Shown piece after piece: positions 47,223-56,186 of a stretch of DNA of 64,000 nt (the stretch's first letter is position 1; every line of letters begins with the position of its first letter). A model generated the notes under the pieces. The model was not told the origin of the DNA and searched no databases. It saw only the letters and a program-made list of their open reading frames with translations. A program made the position numbers and the translations under genes. Source of the DNA: Opitutia bacterium (GTDB lineage: Bacteria > Verrucomicrobiota > Verrucomicrobiia > Opitutales > Opitutaceae); contig NSIG01000005.1 of NCBI GenBank assembly GCA_002737275.1, forward strand, positions 333 to 64,332, written 5' to 3'.

Positions 47223-48662
47223 TTACAGCGCGGGCGCGACGCGGGCGATGCGGTTGGGGAGGAGCACGTAGAGCGCGCCGTCGGGGCCGTTGACCACATC
47301 GCGGATGCGGCCGAGGCCCTTGAAAACAACTTCTTGGGCGACGACTTTGCCGCTCACGAGTTCGATGCGATGCAGTTCTTCGGCCGCGAGGGACGCGATG
47401 AAGAGGTGGTTTTTCCACTTCGGGAACAGATCGCCGGTGTAGAAATTTGCGCCACATGGAGCAATCGAAGGCACCCAATACGTGAGCGGTTGTTCCATGC
47501 CCTCCTTGGATGTGAGGTCGGTCATGGCGGTCCCGTTGTAATTCATGCCGTAGGTGACGACGGGCCAGCCGTAGTTGAGGCCCCTCTTGACGAGATTGAG
47601 TTCGTCGCCGCCGCGGGGGCCGTGCTCGACGTCGTAGAGTTCGCCGGTGACGGGATGGAAGGCGAGGCCCTGCGGGTTGCGGTGGCCGTAGCTCCAGACC
47701 GTGGGTGCGGCTTTGGCGTCCTGCACGAAGGGATTGTCGGCGGGGATCCGGCCGTCGTCATGAATGCGGTGAACTTTGCCGGTGGGCCGGGCGAGGTCTT
47801 GGGAATTTTTGCCGTCGCCGCGTTCGCCGATGGTGAAGAAGAGAAAGCCGGCGCGGTCGAAGGCGATGCGGCCGCCAAAGTGGACGCCGCCGGCGGGGCG
47901 GTGATATTCGAGCGGACCTTTGAACACGGTCTCTTGGTCAACGAGAGCGCCGTCTTTGAGTTTGCCGCGAATCACGCGGGTAAGACTGACGGACTTACCG
48001 TCGGCGCCGGTCTGAAGATCGGCGTAGGCTAGGTATATCCAGCCGTTCTTGGCGTAGCTCGGATGGAGGACGACGTCGTAGAGACCGGCTTGGCCGCTGT
48101 TGTCGACCGCGGGCAAGCTGGTGACGGGTTTGCTCACGAGTTGGCCCTGCTCGATCAAACGCAGGTCGCCGCGCTTTTCTGTGACGAGGGAGCGGCCGTC
48201 GGGGAGGAAGGCGAGGGAGTAGGGCTGGTCGAGTTTCGCGACCCAGGTATCGACGCGGAACGGATGGAGTTGGCTGGTCGCGGTGATCGACTCGACGGGC
48301 TTGGTGAAGTCGGTTTTGTCGCGCTGATGCTTGGCGCGCTTTTCGCGCATATAAATGACCATGGCGCGGATCTCCTTGTCGTCGATCGCAGCGCCCCAGG
48401 CGGGCATGCCTTTTTCGGGAAAGCCGTTGCGGATGCTGCGAGCGAGGCTGGCGTCGTCGCCGCCGTGGACCCAGATGTCGTCGAGCATCGAAGGAGCCGA
48501 GCCACCTTCCATGTTTTGACCGTGGCAGCTGGCGCAGAGGGCGGTGTAGCGCTCGGCGATGGTGCCGGTGCGTTCGCGGATGCCTTGGGCGGCGAGCGGC
48601 AAGGTGGTGAGGGCGAGGAGGGTAGCTGCGAGGGGCAGGCGGAGGCGTGGGAAGTAAGTCAT
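47223..48662 (-). CDS. PQQ-dependent sugar dehydrogenase (sorbosone/glucose dehydrogenase-like) fused to an N-terminal cytochrome c
   Basis: Signal peptide, CASCHG heme motif, then beta-propeller blocks (LAFLPDGR, GGRIAFD, YGHRNPQGLAFHP). Confidence 0.85.
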   Translation of the reverse strand: MTYFPRLRLPLAATLLALTTLPLAAQGIRERTGTIAERYTALCASCHGQNMEGGSAPSMLDDIWVHGGDDASLARSIRNGFPEKGMPAWGAAIDDKEIRAMVIYMREKRAKHQRDKTDFTKPVESITATSQLHPFRVDTWVAKLDQPYSLAFLPDGRSLVTEKRGDLRLIEQGQLVSKPVTSLPAVDNSGQAGLYDVVLHPSYAKNGWIYLAYADLQTGADGKSVSLTRVIRGKLKDGALVDQETVFKGPLEYHRPAGGVHFGGRIAFDRAGFLFFTIGERGDGKNSQDLARPTGKVHRIHDDGRIPADNPFVQDAKAAPTVWSYGHRNPQGLAFHPVTGELYDVEHGPRGGDELNLVKRGLNYGWPVVTYGMNYNGTAMTDLTSKEGMEQPLTYWVPSIAPCGANFYTGDLFPKWKNHLFIASLAAEELHRIELVSGKVVAQEVVFKGLGRIRDVVNGPDGALYVLLPNRIARVAPAL

Positions 48663-48809
48663 CGGCCGGAGATGGAACGAGAAAGAAACCGATGCGCAAC
48701 GCTGCGGAGGAGCGAAACGAAAGAAATTTGAAAGCTGGCCACAGCACGCGAAGGGGGCGTCGCGTCTTTAGAGAAGTGAGCCGAGTCCAGGTCCCGCAGG
48801 GGGCTGTCT

Positions 48810-49331
48810 TCAGGGAACAGGGGAGACCGTCAGCAGAGACACGACTCCGGTGACGCCTGCGGTGTCCAGAGCGAGGGAGACGGTCCGCCCGATGAGTTCA
48901 GCGGAGCCAACGGTGCCGGTCAGCGTCACAGTGCCTTGTTTGGCTTCGACGCCGATCTCGCGGGCGGAAAGTTGCCGGTCGCCGACCAGCTTGGATTTGA
49001 TGACGGCGATGACGCGGGCGTTGTCGATCACCTGACCGGATTTGGCGACGGCGGCGTTGGCTTTGGACCGAACCACGCGGCCTGTGCGTTCGAGCTCGGC
49101 CTTGATTTCCTCCGGCGTGAGGTGCCACTCGACGATCTTTTCGGCGGCCAAATCCCTGACCTCCCGGGCGACTTCCTTGGTCTTGGCGGTGGCTGCGGCC
49201 ACGGCGTTCTTCACGGCCAACTCGGCCTTTTCGGCGGTGGTGGGTTCGGCGTTGGGTGTCGGAGGCTGACTGCAACCCGCGAGTAAAAAAACAAGACCGG
49301 AGCAAGTGAGGCTCAGCGCGCGAGTTTTCAT
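48810..49331 (-). CDS. BON-domain lipoprotein
   Basis: 173 aa from ATG 49331. Lipobox LLAGC. C-terminal BON pattern (IKSKLVGDRQLSAREIGVEAKQGTVTLTGTV). Confidence 0.7.
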   Translation of the reverse strand: MKTRALSLTCSGLVFLLAGCSQPPTPNAEPTTAEKAELAVKNAVAAATAKTKEVAREVRDLAAEKIVEWHLTPEEIKAELERTGRVVRSKANAAVAKSGQVIDNARVIAVIKSKLVGDRQLSAREIGVEAKQGTVTLTGTVGSAELIGRTVSLALDTAGVTGVVSLLTVSPVP

Positions 49332-49399
49332 GAGAGTGTGGTGAGCGGGGATTGGGTTTTGACCGCGCGTGGGCGGGGAGATTCGTCGCAGAAGCGAAA

Positions 49400-50167
49400 T
49401 CAAGGTGCGGCGCGTTTCTTGAAAATGATCAGGTGCTGGCGGGGGAGCGAGTGGACCGTATTCACGTAGTCGAGCGGTTGCCCCGTCATTTCCAATTTCA
49501 CCTGCGCCTGAGTCATTTTGTGCAGAGGTTTGATGGGCACTTCGGGGTCTTCGCCGCGGTATTCGACGAAGACGAGGCGGCCGCCCGGTTTCAGGCTGCG
49601 GCAAACGGCGGCGATATATTCAGCGGGACGGCTGCACTCGTGGTAAACATCGACGAGGATCGCGAGATCGACGGGTTGGGGGAGCTTCGGGTCTTCGACG
49701 GTGCCTAGCACGCCGACGACGTTGGTCACGCCGCGTTGCTGCATGAGGACGTCGAGGAGGGCGAGCATCTCGGGCTGGATCTCGACGCCATAGACGATGC
49801 CGGCGGGCGCGACGGCCTGCGCCATGCGCCAGCTGAAGTAGCCGGTGCCGCAGCCGAGATCGGCCACGATGTCGCCGGGTTTCAGGGCGAGCGCCTTCAT
49901 CACCAAGTCGGGTCGCTCCTCGATTTCGCGCTCGCCCCGCTCGAGCCAAGGGGCGCCGTGATGAGTCATGTAGTGCGCGATCTCGCGGCCGAAGTAGTAA
50001 ACGCCGGCGCCATCGCGAGTTTTCGGGCCCTTGGTGTAGGGCGAACTGCTTTGGGCGGGCGCGACGGTGGGCGCGGCGATGAGGCAGGAAGGAATAACAG
50101 CGGCGCCGACGATCAAGGCGTACAGGGCGCGAAGGACGGCTCGGTTGGGGTGAACGAGAACTTGCAT
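49400..50167 (-). CDS. Class I SAM-dependent methyltransferase with N-terminal signal/anchor
   Basis: Motif I VADLGCGTGYFS and post-I/II blocks. The hydrophobic N-terminal segment ALYALIVGAAVIPSCLIAAP sits upstream. Confidence 0.8.
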   Translation of the reverse strand: MQVLVHPNRAVLRALYALIVGAAVIPSCLIAAPTVAPAQSSSPYTKGPKTRDGAGVYYFGREIAHYMTHHGAPWLERGEREIEERPDLVMKALALKPGDIVADLGCGTGYFSWRMAQAVAPAGIVYGVEIQPEMLALLDVLMQQRGVTNVVGVLGTVEDPKLPQPVDLAILVDVYHECSRPAEYIAAVCRSLKPGGRLVFVEYRGEDPEVPIKPLHKMTQAQVKLEMTGQPLDYVNTVHSLPRQHLIIFKKRAAP

Positions 50168-50242
50168 AGCGGGAACGTCCGCCGGGATCAGCCGGTTCTC
50201 AAGGGCGATTTGCGCCGGGAAACGGCGGCGTCACCGCGGCGC

Positions 50243-50482
50243 TCAAAGCTGCTTGTGACTGCCGTCGCAGAGCGGCCCATTTTTGCCGTGCTTGCAGCCG
50301 CAGAAATAAACGGTGCCGGTTTTCTCGGCGGTGTAGGGCGTGGGCGAGAGGCCCGAGCCTTTGTGGCCGCCATCACAGAACGGTTGGCTTTTGCTCAAGC
50401 CGCACGAGCACCAGTAGTAAACTTTTCCGGCTTCGACGGCGACGGGCAGGGGAGATTTTTGGGCAATGACGGGGAGATTCAT
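50243..50482 (-). CDS. CDGSH iron-sulfur domain protein (two CDGSH motifs)
   Basis: 79 aa with CSCGLSKSQPFCDGGHK and CGCKHGKNGPLCDGSHK. Confidence 0.85.
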   Translation of the reverse strand: MNLPVIAQKSPLPVAVEAGKVYYWCSCGLSKSQPFCDGGHKGSGLSPTPYTAEKTGTVYFCGCKHGKNGPLCDGSHKQL

Positions 50483-50547
50483 GCGTCAAGAGTGGGAGGG
50501 ATCGGGGGAGGAGCGATGCATTTTTAGGCGAAACTCCAGCGGGGTTC

Positions 50548-51501
50548 TCAGCCGGCGGCGAAGATCTCGCGCATCTCGCGAAGATAACGGGGGACGGCGA
50601 CGGCGGAGTCTTCCTTGGCTTCGTATTCGAGGGCGACCCAACCTTGGTAGCCGCCGTCGCGGAGCAGTTGGCTGAAGCGTTTCAAATCGGCGGGGCGGGC
50701 GGTGTCGGTGTTGCCCTTGAGCTCGACCTTGAACTGGACGTTGAGCGCGTAGGGCACGCAGGCGGCGAAGTCTAGGTAGGGATCCGCGGTGCGGAAGTTG
50801 CCCGAGTCGAGATTCACGCCGATCCACGGGCTCTGCACAGCTTTCACCATGGGGAGCAACGTGGCGGCGCTGCCAATGGAGTCGTGATTTTCCAAGCCGA
50901 GAAAGACGCCGCGCTGGCCGGCGTAATCACAGCATTCTTCGAGGGCGGTGATCACGAGTTTATCGGCCGCGTCGCGGGCGAGTTCCTTGGTGACGCCGGC
51001 AAACACCCGGATATGCGGTGCGCCGAGCAGTGCGGCGCGGTCGATCCATTTTTTGGTCAACGCGATCTCTTGGTCGCGCTTTGGGCCGACGGGGTGGGAG
51101 AAATTATTGCCGATGGCGGTGCCGCTGATGGCTACGCCGCGCAGGAAAGCGTGGCGTCGCACCTTTAGCAGATACGCGTCGCTCTCTTCGGAGAAAAAAT
51201 AGCTGGTGAGCTCCGCGCCGGCGCAGCCGTGGGCCGCGCAAGTGTCGATGAACTGAAACATGTCGGTCGCCCGGCCGGCGGGCACCTTGAGATTGGGCTG
51301 GCCGCGCGAAATCGGGAAGTTTTCGCGGAACGAATAGGCGGCGAGACTGAGCAACAGGCGGGGCCGGCCGGTGCGCCCAAACGGATTGAGGGCAGGAGCC
51401 GCCGCAGCGGGAGCGGCGAAGGCCAGCGAGGAGCCGGCGGCAGCGGTAAGGCTGGCGGCGGAGGTGACTTTGAGGAATTCGCGACGGGTGACGGGTTTCA
51501 T
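50548..51501 (-). CDS. Tat-exported sugar phosphate isomerase/epimerase (xylose-isomerase-like TIM barrel)
   Basis: Start at ATG MKPVTRREFLK (twin-arginine signal). TIM-barrel blocks (AGAELTSYFF, HIRVFAG, LGLENHD, ALEYE). Confidence 0.85.
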   Translation of the reverse strand: MKPVTRREFLKVTSAASLTAAAGSSLAFAAPAAAAPALNPFGRTGRPRLLLSLAAYSFRENFPISRGQPNLKVPAGRATDMFQFIDTCAAHGCAGAELTSYFFSEESDAYLLKVRRHAFLRGVAISGTAIGNNFSHPVGPKRDQEIALTKKWIDRAALLGAPHIRVFAGVTKELARDAADKLVITALEECCDYAGQRGVFLGLENHDSIGSAATLLPMVKAVQSPWIGVNLDSGNFRTADPYLDFAACVPYALNVQFKVELKGNTDTARPADLKRFSQLLRDGGYQGWVALEYEAKEDSAVAVPRYLREMREIFAAG

Positions 51502-51599
51502 GTTCTTTGGGAGGAGCTCCAAGGAGAACAAAGCGGCGAAAAAAAGAAAGGGGTTTCGGCTCGCCCCGGCCGCTGGCGGAGCTAATCCGATTTCACCCC

Positions 51600-53084
51600 A
51601 TGAAACTATCAACGCATCCGTTTTCGTTTTGCATCTTTTTGGCCGCACTGGTTCTGACCGCCGAGGCTGCGGCGCCAAAACGGATTTTACTGGATAACGA
51701 CGGCAACGGCACGTTGGGCATGTTGTCGCCCGACTTCCGGCGGGACATCGACGAAGTGGTCGCGGCGTGTCCGCCCAACGTGACCACGTACCTGCTCTGC
51801 CCCGGCGCCGGCCGTTATTATTATCCGACTAAGGTCGGCGAGACCGATCCCCGACATAAACAACTGGCGTTGGAACACGCGGCGGGCCGCGACCCGTTCG
51901 GCTACTTTCTCGAGAAACTCCGCGCCTCGGGCAAAGAGACCTTTGTGACCGTGCGCATGAACGACGTGCATAATCCGACGGCGGCGGACGAGTGGAATCT
52001 CCCGAAAGTCCGGCGGGCGCACCCCGATGTGATCGTGGACGCGGCGGCGGTGGCCCGGGGCGACACCGACTGGCGCAACTGGGCGCTCGATTACAGCCGG
52101 CCCGAGGTGCGGGCGTTTATGCTGGCGATCATCACCGAGCTGCTGGAGCGCTATGAATTCGACGGGATGCAGCTCGATTGGATGCGTTTCCCGCGGCACC
52201 TCTCGGGCAACCGTGACGAAGTCTGGGCGAAGCGCGATTCGATCACGGGCTTTGTGGCTGATGTACGCGCTCTCTGCCGGGCCAAGGGTCGCGCCTTGAT
52301 CGTGCGCGTGCCGACCTCGGTCGCGGGCGGGCGGGAGCTCGGGCTGGATGTCGTGACGTGGGCGCAACGCGGCCTCGTAGATGCGATCTCGACGTCGCAT
52401 TTTTTGAACACGGATTTCTTTCAACCCATCGCGGAGATGCGAACGGCGCTGGGTGCCCACGCCGTGCCGATCTACGGTGGCTTTGATATCGAACACGGGG
52501 CCCAGCGCCACAGCCCGCAATCGTTACGGGCGGCCGTCACGGGGCTCTACGCATCGGGTGCGGACGGGATCAATATCTTCAATTTTCCCTGCTGGATCGA
52601 AAAAGTCGGGGCGGTGCCTTACGACTGGTTGCTCGGCTTGGAATCGCCCGAGACGGCTGCGCGCAAGCCCTTGCTCTACTCGGTGCCGACGACGCGCTTT
52701 CGCCGGGCCTACGAGCTGCCCGGCCTGCTGCCCGCGAAGTTGCCGGCCGGCGGCGTGGTGCAACTGCCCTTGCCGGTGCCACCGGCGGCCTTGCCGGCGA
52801 GCCGGGCGCGGATTTTGGTGACGGGTGTGCCGCACGCCGCGAGCGACTTTGAAGTGAAGCTCAACGGCCGACCGCTCGAATGGTTGCCGCAACAAAAAAG
52901 TCCCGAGCTCTTCGTCGAATTTATTGGCCCGGAGGATCTGCCGGGTCGCCGGGCGGCACCGGAAGCGAGCCGCACCTATCGCTTCGACCCGGCCCTGCTG
53001 CGCGCCGGGGAAAACACCCTGGAACTCGTCAACGGCGCGGGAGCGGAAATGGACGTGCTCACGGTAAATCTCGGTCTTTGGTAG
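51600..53084 (+). CDS. Secreted glycoside-hydrolase-like TIM-barrel protein (family uncertain)
   Basis: Signal peptide from ATG 51600. VRMNDVHN ... [37 protein letters not shown] resembles GH-like (GHL) barrels. No firm family call. Confidence 0.45.
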   Translation: MKLSTHPFSFCIFLAALVLTAEAAAPKRILLDNDGNGTLGMLSPDFRRDIDEVVAACPPNVTTYLLCPGAGRYYYPTKVGETDPRHKQLALEHAAGRDPFGYFLEKLRASGKETFVTVRMNDVHNPTAADEWNLPKVRRAHPDVIVDAAAVARGDTDWRNWALDYSRPEVRAFMLAIITELLERYEFDGMQLDWMRFPRHLSGNRDEVWAKRDSITGFVADVRALCRAKGRALIVRVPTSVAGGRELGLDVVTWAQRGLVDAISTSHFLNTDFFQPIAEMRTALGAHAVPIYGGFDIEHGAQRHSPQSLRAAVTGLYASGADGINIFNFPCWIEKVGAVPYDWLLGLESPETAARKPLLYSVPTTRFRRAYELPGLLPAKLPAGGVVQLPLPVPPAALPASRARILVTGVPHAASDFEVKLNGRPLEWLPQQKSPELFVEFIGPEDLPGRRAAPEASRTYRFDPALLRAGENTLELVNGAGAEMDVLTVNLGLW

Positions 53085-53139
53085 GCAGGTGACCGTGGAG
53101 GCTTGCCTCGAAATTCGCCGCGGGTTCGACTGCGACCTG

Positions 53140-53922
53140 ATGACCTCAAAAACCGCTCTCGTCACCGGCGCCTCCCGCGGCATCGGCCGTGGTATCGCCA
53201 TCGAACTCGCCCGCACCGGTGCCCGGGTGGCGATCAATTACGCCGGCAACGCCGAAGCCGCCGCCGAGGCGCTCTCCCTCGTCAAGGCTGCGGGTGGCGA
53301 CGGGTTTATTGTGCAGGGCGACGTCGCCGTGGCCGCCGATCGCGAACGGCTGGTAGCGGAGACCATGGAGAAATTTGGGCGCATTGATCTGCTCGTGAAC
53401 AACGCCGGCGTGGCGCCCAAAGTCCGCGCCGATCTGCTCGATTGCGGCGAGGAGAGCTTCGACCGCCTCTTCGAGATCAACCTCAAGGGCCCTTTTTTCC
53501 TCACCCAACTCGTCGCCAAGCAGATGCTCAAGCAGGCCCCCGACGCCGAGGGTTTCCGGGGCCGGATCGTCAACATCACCTCGATCTCCGCCTACACGGC
53601 GTCGATCAACCGCGGCGACTACTGCATGGTAAAAGCCGGGCTCGCGATGATGACGAAACTCTTTGCCGACCGGCTCGCGAACGACGGCATCAACGTCTAC
53701 GAAATCCGTCCCGGCGTGATCGCCACCGACATGACCGGCGGCGTGAAGGAGAAGTACGATAAGCTCATCATCACCGACGAGCGCGGCATCACGCCGATCC
53801 GGCGTTGGGGCAAGCCCGAGGACATCGGCCGCGCGGTGCGGGCCATTGCCGAAGACCGGTTCCCGTTTTCAACCGGGGCGTGTTTCGATGTGGATGGCGG
53901 GTTTCATCTCCATCGGCTCTGA
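53140..53922 (+). CDS. Short-chain dehydrogenase/reductase (3-oxoacyl-ACP reductase-like)
   Basis: [16 protein letters not shown], and the catalytic S...YCMVKAG (YxxxK) motif. Confidence 0.9.
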   Translation: MTSKTALVTGASRGIGRGIAIELARTGARVAINYAGNAEAAAEALSLVKAAGGDGFIVQGDVAVAADRERLVAETMEKFGRIDLLVNNAGVAPKVRADLLDCGEESFDRLFEINLKGPFFLTQLVAKQMLKQAPDAEGFRGRIVNITSISAYTASINRGDYCMVKAGLAMMTKLFADRLANDGINVYEIRPGVIATDMTGGVKEKYDKLIITDERGITPIRRWGKPEDIGRAVRAIAEDRFPFSTGACFDVDGGFHLHRL

Positions 53923-53960
53923 GTTGCAATTCGCCGGTTTGTTTTCAGCTTTTCCTCGAC

Positions 53961-54350
53961 ATGAAAAAACTCATTACCCTCCTCAGTGTGTTCAGCCTCG
54001 CGGTGTCCGCTCTTGCCGGTCCCGCCAAGATTGCCGACATCTCCCACGCCGAACTCCAAGCCGCGATCGCCGCCAAATCGGTCGTTGTTCTCGATGTGAA
54101 CGGCAGCGAATCGTTTGCCGAAGGCCGTATTCCCGGAGCGATCGACTTTGCAAAAGCCAAGTCGAACCTCGCGGCGTCGCTGCCCAAGGACAAGTCAACG
54201 CTCGTCGTGGCCTACTGCGGCAGTGAACGCTGCTCCGCTTATAAGGCCGGAGCCAACGCGGCGCTCGCCCTCGGCTACACCAATGTGAAGCACTACGCGC
54301 CTGGTATCAGCGGCTGGATGAAATCCGGCGCCAAGGTGGAGAAGAGCTAA
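53961..54350 (+). CDS. Secreted rhodanese-domain protein
   Basis: Signal peptide. Rhodanese fold pattern VVLDVNGSESFAEGRIPGAI ... active-site loop VVAYCGSERCS. Confidence 0.8.
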   Translation: MKKLITLLSVFSLAVSALAGPAKIADISHAELQAAIAAKSVVVLDVNGSESFAEGRIPGAIDFAKAKSNLAASLPKDKSTLVVAYCGSERCSAYKAGANAALALGYTNVKHYAPGISGWMKSGAKVEKS

Positions 54351-54376
54351 ACTGGGCCCATATCCCTGAAAGCACC

Positions 54377-54404
54377 GCCCGGGCGTTTTGCCCGGGCTTT
54401 TTTT
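54377..54404 (+). terminator. Rho-independent terminator
   Basis: GCCCGGGC-gtttt-GCCCGGGC hairpin followed by T7, 27 nt after the rhodanese stop. Confidence 0.7.
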
Positions 54405-54444
54405 CGGCTCGCGGGCAGGCCGATGCAGCGAACACGGTGAGCGG

Positions 54445-55464
54445 ATGTTTCTGACCTGTCAGGCGGGATTCGAATCGGTGCTCGTGCGTGAACTCGCGGA
54501 CGCGGGCGTGGTCGTGGGCGAACACGGACCCGGTTGGGCGCTCGCGGCCGACGGCGCCGACGTGCGCGGGCTGGCGTTTCCCCATGTCACCATGCGCGGC
54601 GCGGTCGAGCTCAAGGGCGAGTCGGTCAACGCCCTCGCGGGTCGGATGATCGAGTTTTTTCTGCAGAGTCTGCGCGGCGAACGCGTCGACGCGGCTTGGC
54701 CGTGCGTAATGGGCGGGCCGGCCGAGCTGGTGGGACTCGGTCGGCGGATGAGCGGCGTGGAAAAAGAATTCCACGAGCAACTCAAAAAACGGCTCGCGCG
54801 CGTGGCGAAGCTCGCGGTGGCCGATCTGCCGCGGGGGCGGGGCGAGGCGAGGGGGCTTTTTGTTTGGTTTACGGATTTTGGCCGTGTGTTCGTGGCGCGC
54901 GAGGCGTTCATGCACGGACAGCGCCGGATGGCCGACGACGATGCGGCGCCGTCGCGGAGTTATCTGAAAGTGGAGGAGGCGTTCGTGGTGTTGGGCGCCG
55001 AGCCGCAGGCGGGCGAGACGGTGGCCGATCTGGGCGCGGCGCCGGGTGGCTGGAGTTACAGCGCGGCGAAGCGCGGCGCCGCGGTGGTGGCGGTGGACAA
55101 CGGTCCGCTCAAAGGCGGCGCCTTGAACAACCCGTTGATCGAGCACTGCACCGACGATGCGTTTCATTTTAATTTCGAGGCGAGCAAGGCCTACGACTGG
55201 ATGCTCTGCGACCTGCTGGAAGAACCGCACCATGTGATGAAGAACCTAATCGAGCCGTGGCTGGCACGCGGTTGGTGCAAGCGCTTTGTTTTCAATTTGA
55301 AATTCGGCCACGTGGATTCGGTGGCATTGCTGCGCGAGCTGCGCGCGCCGGATTCGGCGCTGTCGCGCTATGCGCCGGGTTTCATGATTCGGCACCTCTA
55401 TCACGACCGCGAGGAGTTCACCGTAGTGGGCGAGGTGAGCGCGGCGGGCGAATTGGGCCGTTAA
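54445..55464 (+). CDS. rlmM: 23S rRNA (cytidine2498-2'-O)-methyltransferase
   Basis: APSRSYLKVEEAF, DLGAAPGGWSY, VDNGPL, MLCDL.E.P and RHLYHDREEFTV align with E. coli RlmM blocks. Start at ATG MFLTCQAGFE. Confidence 0.85.
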   Translation: MFLTCQAGFESVLVRELADAGVVVGEHGPGWALAADGADVRGLAFPHVTMRGAVELKGESVNALAGRMIEFFLQSLRGERVDAAWPCVMGGPAELVGLGRRMSGVEKEFHEQLKKRLARVAKLAVADLPRGRGEARGLFVWFTDFGRVFVAREAFMHGQRRMADDDAAPSRSYLKVEEAFVVLGAEPQAGETVADLGAAPGGWSYSAAKRGAAVVAVDNGPLKGGALNNPLIEHCTDDAFHFNFEASKAYDWMLCDLLEEPHHVMKNLIEPWLARGWCKRFVFNLKFGHVDSVALLRELRAPDSALSRYAPGFMIRHLYHDREEFTVVGEVSAAGELGR

Positions 55465-55502
55465 ACTCCGTCGGGTAAATTGATGCTGAAGTTGCTCGAA
55501 CT

Positions 55503-55562
55503 GTAGGCCCGACCGCGGGTCGGGCTTATTCGCCACCCATAATCGACCGGCGGTCGGTTATA
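55503..55562. repeat. Inverted doublet of REP-like hairpins
   Basis: GTAG-GCCCGACC-gcg-GGTCGGGC (55503-55525, + orientation), then AATCGACC-ggc-GGTCGGTT-ATAC (55541-55562, opposite orientation with a GTAT head). Confidence 0.5.
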
Positions 55563-55658
55563 CGGGCGGCACGCAGCGGGGCTGGCTAAGCGACGGGCTA
55601 AATTTTCATTTTCTTTCACCTAGTCTTCCGGCCGGAGCGGGGTGTTGATGGCGGGGTC

Positions 55659-56183
55659 ATGAAATTCACTTCGTTGCGGGTGTTGGGGTTGATGTGCGTG
55701 CTACCTTGGGCGGCCTGGGCGGCGAATCCGGCGCTGGCCGGTCACTGGCGGATGGATCCCAAGCGCAGCGCCGCGCTCGACGGTTGGACGTCCTGGGACT
55801 TGATCGTTGCGCTCGACGGCACGCGGGTCGATCTGCGGCACGATATGCAGTGGCGCGCGACGAAGCTCACCGCGACCAACCCGGTGGACACGGCCAAGCC
55901 GACGGCCGTGAAGGATTTTTTCCGCGTCGAGCAGCGGCACATGGCGCTCTATCCTGTGCCCGATGCGTTGACTCCGGTGCGGGCCGAGTGGCTCGACGGC
56001 GGGCGGACCTTGCGGGTCGAGGCGACGCCGCAGATCGAGAGCTCGCAGGGAGTTTTCCCGCTGCGGATTTACCAAGAGTTGCGCCTGGTCGAAGGCGATC
56101 GGGAGTTGCTACTGATCGAACTGCACAGCACTCGGGCGCAGCCGCTCGTGTATCGTTTCACCAAAATTACCGGGGAGAAATAA
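55659..56183 (+). CDS. Secreted hypothetical protein (174 aa, beta-rich, lipocalin-like guess)
   Basis: Clear signal peptide (VLGLMCVLPWAAWA). No motif recognised. The stop lies 3 nt before the next gene. Confidence 0.55.
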   Translation: MKFTSLRVLGLMCVLPWAAWAANPALAGHWRMDPKRSAALDGWTSWDLIVALDGTRVDLRHDMQWRATKLTATNPVDTAKPTAVKDFFRVEQRHMALYPVPDALTPVRAEWLDGGRTLRVEATPQIESSQGVFPLRIYQELRLVEGDRELLLIELHSTRAQPLVYRFTKITGEK

Positions 56184-56186
56184 ATC

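Noticed and set aside
48740-48775. ACGCGA-agggggcg-TCGCGT hairpin next to CCACAG, as another REP copy.
   Set aside because: The GT(A/G)G-like sequence lies on the wrong side of the hairpin relative to the other copies (hairpin then CTGTGG). It does not fit the family architecture.
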